Origin: Octopus vulgaris
Taxonomy: Eukaryota
Assembly (NCBI GenBank): GCA_951406725.2
Contig: OX597840.1
Coordinates: forward strand, 40,114,001 to 40,178,000
DNA length: 64,000 nucleotides
Reading direction: 5' to 3'
Both the position numbers and the translations under genes were made by a program. This document shows, piece by piece, positions 54,970 to 64,000 of this stretch. The notes beneath the pieces were generated by a model. It had not been told where the DNA came from and did no database searches. It worked only from the letters and a program-made list of their open reading frames with translations. Positions within the stretch are counted from its first letter, which is position 1, and each line of letters begins with the position of its first letter.

Positions 54970-54975
<6 letters not shown>
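54700..54975. mobile_element. Inverted-arm element (Penelope-pLTR-like) with a central U3-A8 hammerhead
   Basis: Arms ~54753-54840 and ~54888-54974 are reverse complements. Centre 54842-54878: CTA-TTGAAAA-G-GTCGC-AAGAA-GCAAC-GAAAA-TTT-TAG. Flanked by (TA)n on both sides. Confidence 0.7.
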
Positions 54976-55016
<41 letters not shown>

Positions 55017-55189
55017 AATAACAATTTATATATAAAGAGACGAACACAGAAAACAGACAGGTCATTCGAAGCCTTTAATCTTCAGTCAGAAACCGGATCA
55101 TCATAGCAAATTTCGACTGATTAATTCTGATATTTTCTCCAACACGGCCAGCCCCAAGGAAAAACTAAGCTGTGAGCATTAGATTTCTT

Positions 55190-55245
<56 letters not shown>

Positions 55246-55455
55246 TAACTTATAAACAAGAGCAAAAGAAAAAAATTCCAATGCCAAATATGCCGAAAAT
55301 AGACTTAAATCGTCAATAACCATATAATTCATCACTCTAAGCACGCGTCTCGAAACAAGCCGACAGAACTTATAAGTTGTTTAAAATATCTTTAAAGGTA
55401 TTTTTTAATATACTGGCCACTGATAATTTTTTATCGAAAATCTTATCCTCTATTA

Positions 55456-55522
<67 letters not shown>

Positions 55523-55855
55523 TTCTGTTATTCTTTTATTCGTTTAGTTCTTTCAGCCATTTGATTGCAGCCATGCTGGAGCAACGCTGGACTTACAGGA
55601 AACTAGCTGGTTGCTAAAGCAACAACTTCCCGCGCATGCCTAATCCACATACACTTACACACATGCACATCTGCAACATTCGTTAATTTATTGAGGATGG
55701 AGTCATAACCCCGAAATATTGAATGCAATGTAAGTTTACATTAATTCATATATTGGTTTTCTTGTGATTTGCCTTGCTTTTACCTCGCATTACTCTAGAC
55801 TTACCCACAATCCTTTATGCAATATATTCTACGCAATGCTTCTTAGTAAAATTCC

Positions 55856-55907
<52 letters not shown>

Positions 55908-56022
55908 AGAGACAGAGACAGGCAGAAACAAGGAAAATGCCACTTGTATTTGAACACTATACAAATATTCTTTTAAAAAAACTTTTCTTTTAATTTTTCT
56001 AAATTTAATTATCTAATTGTTA

Positions 56023-56058
56023 CAGTTGAAAAAGTCTCAATGACTGAAACCGGTACTG
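56023..56058 (+). ncRNA. Minimal hammerhead, U3-A8 core variant
   Basis: CAG-TTGAAAA-AGTC-TCAAT-GACT-GAAAC-CG-GTA-CTG; all stems pair. Confidence 0.6.
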
Positions 56059-56106
56059 AAATGTTTTTCATAAAATTATTTTAGCATTTTCTATCTTGAC
56101 CTTTTT

Positions 56107-56140
<34 letters not shown>

Positions 56141-56974
56141 GTGTGTGTATGTATGTATGTATGTATGTATGTATGTATGTATGTATGTATGTATGTATGT
56201 ATATACCAAGGGAAGATGAAAGAGGCAAAATCGGCTTAGCAGGAACGGACTTCAAAGAAGTCAAAGGACTAAGCCGATTTCGCCTCACAAACGTTCGCAC
56301 ACACACACACACAGAAACACACGCACACACACGCACACACACACACACGTACGCACACACACACAGAAGCGTACTTCTATAGATGTGTTTTCTGTCTCGC
56401 TGAACGAAGCTTCAGCATTAGACATGGTGGAAATACGATGGATTAAATTGCTGGACAAGTATCTAAAAATACACCGAGGTTGACTCAGATTGTTCTATAA
56501 GATTGGTTTGTTTGGCTTAATCTATGGCTGAAAGTTTTCACTAGAGCAGTTGGGCGTTATTTTTTTATAAATTGATTATTTTGAGCTAAATATTTACTGA
56601 AATCTTCTGATTCAGTTTGTCCAAGATTTCGGTTGAATGTTTCCTGAATATATCTTCTTGCAACTCCTAAGCAATTGAGGTAAAGAACGAGCCACGTACA
56701 TTTGCCATCTTCTCTGTAAATTCCACCGTTAATAGTGTTAAATATATTATCATTGAAATCCATACGTATTTCAATTAAATTCGAAATGTTCTCAGATAAC
56801 CTGATATTGTGGATACGTGTCAGTGATCAGGTCGCAGATGGCTCGACGGAAAATCATAAATGTATAAGGGAATATAACAGTTTTGTGCATTTTTGAATTT
56901 ATCTAAAATGTATCTCCTGCGTTGTATTATTTTCACATTAAAATTCTTTGCCAGTTAAGTACTATTTTTTAAAT

Positions 56975-57810
56975 CTAGTTTCAGCTCGCGAGCTGTGGCC
57001 ATGCTGGGGCACCGCCATTTTGTGTTGCTACATAATTTTACATCACGAATGCTTTTTAGGAATCGACATTTGGTGCATGAGGAAATTTGAAGCCGCTGGC
57101 TTCATCTGCACCTCCTGCTGCAAAGTTGGTTCATCTGGGACACTTGACAGGAAGAGATCCAGCTTTATTTTGAAGATACCTACATCCACCCTGTGCAGTT
57201 CTCTCAGGTCCTTCGGGAGGATATTGAAGACCTGTGGGCCTCTGAAGCCCAGGCTATCGCAGTATCTTGTCCTACATTTTGATGGCAAATTTGGAGTCCT
57301 TGGCACTATGCAGTGGCGGCCAGTTCTAATATTTGAGTAACTTTCGATTGCAAAATTTGGGACAATCTCTTGAGTCTTTCCCAATAGCTTATATGCTACA
57401 TAGAGGCGGCGATCTGGCCGAATCGTTAGCACGCCGGGCGAAATGCGTAGCCGTATTTCGTCTGCCGTTACGTTCTGCGTTCAAATCCCGCCGAGGTCGA
57501 CTTTGCCTTTTATTCTTTCGGGGTCGATAAATAAAGTACCAGTTACGCACTGGGGTCGATGTAATCGACTTAACGCCTTTGCCTGTCTTTGTTTGTCCCC
57601 TCTATGTTTAGCCCTTTGTGGGCAGTAAAGAAATATATATGCTGCATAGAGGCTATCGTCTTCGTGTAGCTTCGTTGGATTTGCCTCAAGTTCTGAGATT
57701 AATTTGACACTGGTTGGTGACCATAGCTGAGAGCAATAGTGAAAGTGGCTTTGGACAAGTGTCCTCCAGAGGACCATCATGATTTCCTGATTTCTCGTTC
57801 TAAAAGTTCT
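56975..57810 (-). mobile_element. CR1-type LINE 3' end (ORF2 C-terminus pseudogene plus 3' UTR), split by SINE A
   Basis: FRTRNQEIMMVLWRTLVQSHFHYCSQLWSP..LISELE / SMQHISYWERLKRL / GRHCIVPR..FNILPKDLR..FKIKLDLFLSSVPDEP: typical CR1-group post-RT motifs; frameshifted. Confidence 0.82.
57405..57635 (+). mobile_element. SINE family A with 15-bp TSD, inserted in the LINE
   Basis: TSD TATATGCT(A/G)CATAGA at 57390-57404 and 57636-57650. Confidence 0.92.
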
Positions 57811-58255
57811 ATATAAAAAGAACATAACGAAATACGTGAATTAGATTTGAAATATTGATACCTGAGCAATATGGTCCAATATTTCATGTAGCCAACCATC
57901 GTACATATGCCACCATGATAAGGAAATATTAATTTAAACGATATATCGACCACATGGTTGTTCGACCAAATCACTGGTAGATCACATTCCCCTAACTTCA
58001 AAAATATAAAAGCAGCAACGTATGGAGTAATATCTGAGATTAATCGTCTGGAAAGAGAGGATGGTCACGGTTAGACTACATTTCATTATAGGCTTCATCA
58101 GCAACGGTTGGCCTGATGCTAACCAACAACGACAGGAAAAAAACATTTTATGTAATCATATAAATATACTTTTTTTTATATAATGTAGAGAGGTTGACCA
58201 ACTTGTGACAGCGTGATGAAGGCGTCATATATATTTTAATTTATAATGGTCGCAT

Positions 58256-58298
<43 letters not shown>

Positions 58299-58465
58299 TT
58301 GTGTGTGTGTGTGTCTATAATATGTGTATTTATAAATGTTTATATATATACATATATATATATATGTATATTTACATATGTATATATATATATATATATA
58401 TATACATATTGATTTTGATTTTGATTTTTCCAGTTTCAGCTACTGAGCTGTGGCCATGCTGGGGC

Positions 58466-58545
<80 letters not shown>

Positions 58546-58549
58546 CACC

Positions 58550-58587
<38 letters not shown>

Positions 58588-59078
58588 CATATATATATAC
58601 ATACATACATATATATATATATATACATACATACATATATATATATATATAAATACATACATATATATATATATATACATACATATATATATATATGCAT
58701 ATATATGTATGTATGTATGGAAGAATGATGTATGTATGTATATATGTATGTATGTATGTATGTATCTATGTATGTATGTAGGCATCTATGTATGTATATG
58801 TGTGTGTATGTATAGAGTGTTAGAAATGGTGTACAGTTATTGAATATTGAGGAAACAGGAGGTCGCCAGAATTTTGGAAAAAGAACTTTTTCCTTTACTC
58901 ATTATTATTAGCGCTTTCGTTCGCTTTTCGAACTTGTCAAATAAATTATTTTTCTCTGAATGTACTAACAGGTTGTATATTTATATGAAACAGATGTTTT
59001 CTTTGTTTTGTTTAGAAGACGATAACAATGTTTTGGCCTTTTTGCTTTGTTTTCGGGGAGTGAGGTTCAAGACAATGG

Positions 59079-59760
<682 letters not shown>

Positions 59761-60012
59761 AGGGGGTGGGTGGGAATGGCCCCTTCAATTTTGACTCCCA
59801 TTCATATATTTATTTATTTATTTATTTAGTCATTTACTATTCTATTGAAATGAAATCAAGAATGGTGATCTCTCCTAGGACGGGATGCAGCCATCGCTGG
59901 GAATAGTTTTCTGTCTTTTTTCTTCCTTTTCTTAAGAAGAAAAAGAAGAAACAAAGGAAAAACCAGAAAAAAGGGAAAAAATGACAATATAATGCTCTCA
60001 GTGATGACCGCT

Positions 60013-60092
60013 CACCATCCTAGGAGAGATCACCATCCTAGGAGAGATCACCATCCTAGGAGAGATCACCATCCTAGGAGAGATCACCATCC
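60013..60092. repeat. 18-bp tandem repeat CACCATCCTAGGAGAGAT x4.4
   Basis: Units at 60013, 60031, 60049, 60067 and 60085 (partial). Confidence 0.95.
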
Positions 60093-60392
60093 TTGAATTC
60101 ATTTCAATAAATAGTAAATGACTGAATAAATAAATGAGTGGATGTCAAAACTGAAGGAGGGGTCCTTTCCTCTCCCTCTCACTACCAACCTACCAACCTA
60201 CCTATTTCCATTGTCCTGGAACCTCTCGCCAAAAAACAAGAAAGCAAAAGCAATATTCTTCTTTTCTAGACAAAACAGTAAATAAACAACCTGTTTGTAC
60301 GTTCACAAGAAAAATTTATTTGACAAGTTCGAAGAACGAATGAAAGCGCTAATAATAATCTATAAAGAAAAAATTTTTTTTCCTAAATTCTG

Positions 60393-60441
<49 letters not shown>

Positions 60442-60444
<3 letters not shown>

Positions 60445-60841
60445 CGCAGGAGTGGCTTGCTAACCAACCACATGGTTCCGGGTTCAGTCCCACTGCGTGG
60501 CATCTTGGACAAGTGTCTTCTGCTATAGCCCCGGGGCGACCAATGCCTTGTGAGTGGATTTGGTAACGGAAACGGAAAGAAGCCTGTCGTATATATGTAT
60601 ATATATATATGTATGTGTGTGTGTGTGTGTTTGTCTGTCTGTGTTTGTCCTCCTGGCATTGCTTGACAACCGATGCTGGTGTGTTTACTTCCCCGTCACT
60701 TAACGGTTCGACAAAAGAGACCGATAGAATAAGTACTGGGCTTACACAGAATAAGTCCCGGGGTCGATTTGCTCGACTAAAGGCGGTGCTCCAGCATGGT
60801 CGCAGTCAAATGACTGAAACAAGTAAAAGAGTAAAAGAGTA
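60442..60841 (+). mobile_element. SINE family B, full length
   Basis: GGCGCAGGAGTGGC...GGTTCAGTCCC...GACTGAAACAAGTAAAAGAGTAAAAGAG. Confidence 0.9.
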
Positions 60842-61339
60842 ATACATACACACACACATGTACACGCACGCACACACCCACACAAACATGTACGTATATA
60901 TGTTTGTATGTATATATCATTATGTGTTTATGTTTTTGTATGCGTTTGTCAGCCGCCATCGGTGAAGGTGTATTTATGTCCCCGTAAACTTGCGGTTCGA
61001 CAGACGAAAACGATACAATAAGTATAAGAATTGAAAATAAAGTCTGCATTGTGATGGATTTCTTCGACTAAACACTTCGACTAAACAATTTGTCCTAGCA
61101 TGAGCGCAGTCCAATGAATGATACACGAAGAAGATGAAAGATGCGGATGATATGTCGATAACGTTGGATTCTATAGTGGAGGAGATGCCTTTCCTTAAAG
61201 GAATGGTGATTCTCTCGTAGATCCGAAGAAACTTCTAAGTCTCTTCAGTTTTATCTGCTTTATTAGTCGCAGATTCTCAAAAATAAAGAGCTAAACTGGA
61301 CGGCCATTAATCCCACAGCCTACCGTTCAAAAAGAAAAA

Positions 61340-62250
61340 TGCTTGGTTGTTCTAGTCCTTTATTCAATACATTTAGTCAATACAATAAATTTTATTGTAT
61401 TGATTTCTCTTTTCTCTGATGTCCAATAAGCAGAGATACTGATATCAAGAAAATTTGCTTTGGAAACTGCATTAATAAGGTTTGCATATATCTAATTCAA
61501 GATATGCAGACGATACTGTTCTGTTTGCCAAAACCGAAGCTGGAGGGCAAGAAATGATAGAATTGAGAAGGCATGAAATCTGCAAAGTCTCTTTCTCAAC
61601 TATAAGAAAACTAAAGTCACAGATGTTGGAAAAGAGAAAGCAAATGTTAACTTCAAACTAGACCGTGAGAGGCTCGAACAGGTTTAAATGCGCAAGTATA
61701 TTCGAACACAAATGTCTGATGGGGCCACATGTAAGAGAGAAATTAGAATACGGCTAGCCGTGCCAAGAACATCCATGGAAATACACCATAACATTTGCGG
61801 TAGCAAAAGTGTTCCGAATTTTTTAAAAACAAGACTTGTGCGATCGTTCATTTGGAAAATAGACATTTATAGTTGTGAAGAGAACATAGTATTAGTGTTT
61901 GAAATGTGGGCGTACAGGAGAAAGTTACGAGTCTGTTAGAAGGATCATGGGATAAATTAATGGGGTTTATAAAAAATAGGTAAAAGACAACATCTGAACA
62001 TGGTGTAAAAGCAAAATCTCATCTGTTGTGGCCATATTCGAAGGAGCAGAGGTTTAGGAAATATTATCATAGAAGGAAGAGTAGAGGTTTGTGGATCAAG
62101 GAACTCAGAAGGAAGGAAATGGATGAAGCATTATCACCAGTTGGTTGCACAAGCATGGCGAGGTCGCTGGGGGACACACCTTTAATTGGTAAGACTTTCG
62201 TTGTAGTTTTAACAATGTACTGCAAGCCTGTGATGCATGGCAATGACGAT
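61340..62250 (+). pseudogene. RTE-clade LINE reverse-transcriptase relic
   Basis: SPLFNTFS, RYADDTVLFAKTE (YADD at 61503-61514), LNYKKTKV, REIRIRLAV, KTRLVRSFIW..IYSCE, FEMWAYRRKLRV; multiple stops and frameshifts. Confidence 0.8.
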
Positions 62251-62680
62251 TAACAAGTCAGACATCTCAAATTAGAAGAGAGATGTTTATTCTATCATCC
62301 GGCAGTCGCATTTCGAGTGGCAGCAAGCGATTGACAGTACAAGTATTATCTTGTGTCCTCTCAATACATATTTAAACATTTGGAAGTGAAAAAAAAAACC
62401 GTGATGATATCTGGCGTCAATTTATGCTTTCAATGACATTGTGGCATACACCGCATATATCACACCACTTCATATCAATTTGCCTTTTGCTAGAGTCCGG
62501 ATACCTTGAGTGTTTGGAGGCTGTAAATCAAAAATATGTTTTCACGCTACGTATGGTTTCTGAAAAGCTGTGGCCTATCAATGATATAATGTATTATTAA
62601 AATATACATAATATATATGAAAACAAACTATACATAACTGAACGATAAATTATGATACCTATATCTCATTTCTTCTCTCT

Positions 62681-62745
<65 letters not shown>

Positions 62746-62749
62746 CGTC

Positions 62750-62780
<31 letters not shown>

Positions 62781-62997
62781 ATTTGTGTGTGTGTCTGTAG
62801 TGTGTGCATAAAGAAATAAACACACACACACATATATATATACGCAGATAAATATATACACGCGCACACACATATATATATACGAATATGTATTTATGTA
62901 AATATATATATATATATATATATATGTATAATATTATACACATATATTTATTTATATACATATATATATTAAACTAGAAAAATTTAATAGAGAGGGC

Positions 62998-63028
<31 letters not shown>

Positions 63029-63310
63029 GCAAACATATATACGCGTAAATACATCTAAAAAATTAAATATTAATGGTTCTATATAACTAATATCTTGAAA
63101 TAATGAAGTATTTTGCGTATGTATATATCATATGCATACATGCGTACATAAACATTGATAGGTAGATAGTGAGAAAGAGAGAGAGAGAGAGAGAGAAAGG
63201 AGATTTTACTTATGTACTAGAAACCATATACAAAAACATCAATGTTTTGATATATAAGTTGCGACTGCACATCCTTTTCTATATAAGGATGCATGTGTGC
63301 GTGTGTTTGT

Positions 63311-63343
<33 letters not shown>

Positions 63344-63524
63344 AGTGTGTGTGTGTTTATTTTCTTACATGGGTACATAAATGTATCTATATGCTCTTAA
63401 GAAATTTCAAGGATACGAATGCATAAAAAGGGGGCTTTTAAGCCTATAGATCAATTTATTCTCATGTAATACTTCGAAATTATCTCAAATGTGTGTATGT
63501 GTGGGTGGGTGTGTGTGTGTGTGT

Positions 63525-63624
63525 GTATAGATATATAGGTATTCGAATATACTAATACGGAGTATTTATATATGTATATATATATATATATAAATATGCG
63601 TATATATGTGTATGTGTCTTTGAG

Positions 63625-63679
<55 letters not shown>

Positions 63680-63787
63680 GTATAGATATATAGGTATTTG
63701 AATATACAAATACAGAGTATTTGAATATATATATATATATAAATATGCGTATATATGTGTATGTGTCTTTGATTATATATATATATA

Positions 63788-63824
<37 letters not shown>

Positions 63825-63895
63825 TGTGTGTGTGTGTGTGCGTGTGTGTATAAATATATAGGTATTCGAATATACAAATACGGAGTATTTATAAA

Positions 63896-63900
<5 letters not shown>
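63525..63900. repeat. ~160-bp higher-order repeat of microsatellite blocks (x~2.5)
   Basis: ATATATAGGTATT.GAATATAC.AATAC.GAGTATTT recurs at ~63531, 63686 and 63854. Confidence 0.85.
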
Positions 63901-63937
<37 letters not shown>

Positions 63938-64000
63938 GCATATATATATAAATATATGTATGTATATATATATATATATATATATATAAATATGCATATA

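Noticed and set aside
61217-61228. CGTAGATCCGAA resembling miR-100/miR-10
   Set aside because: The seed end and 3' end do not match, and there is no hairpin partner.

Overview
AT-rich eukaryotic intronic/intergenic DNA, saturated with (TA)n, (CA)n, (ATAC)n, (GATA)n, (AAT)n and (GGT)n microsatellites. The repeat spectrum looks like an Octopus genome (inferred from my recognition of the repeats, not from a search). I could not identify any host protein-coding exon with confidence; nearly all ORFs in the supplied track are microsatellite or SINE artefacts. The window holds three tRNA-headed SINE families (called A, B and C here; more than 25 copies or fragments), relics of CR1-type, RTE-type and R4/Dong-type LINEs, a mariner 3' end, four non-autonomous Helitrons (5'-TC...hairpin-CTAG-3'), a 100-bp minisatellite and a ~1.5-kb fold-back element. 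The most notable pattern is a dispersed set of about 13 minimal type-I hammerhead-ribozyme motifs, mostly in short islands bracketed by (TA)n, as expected for Penelope-like pLTR or retrozyme remnants. One has a fully intact core (9605-9691, minus strand), and several unrelated copies carry the compensatory U3-A8 core variant. The window also shows a SINE-LINE 3'-tail match with a covarying stem-loop.
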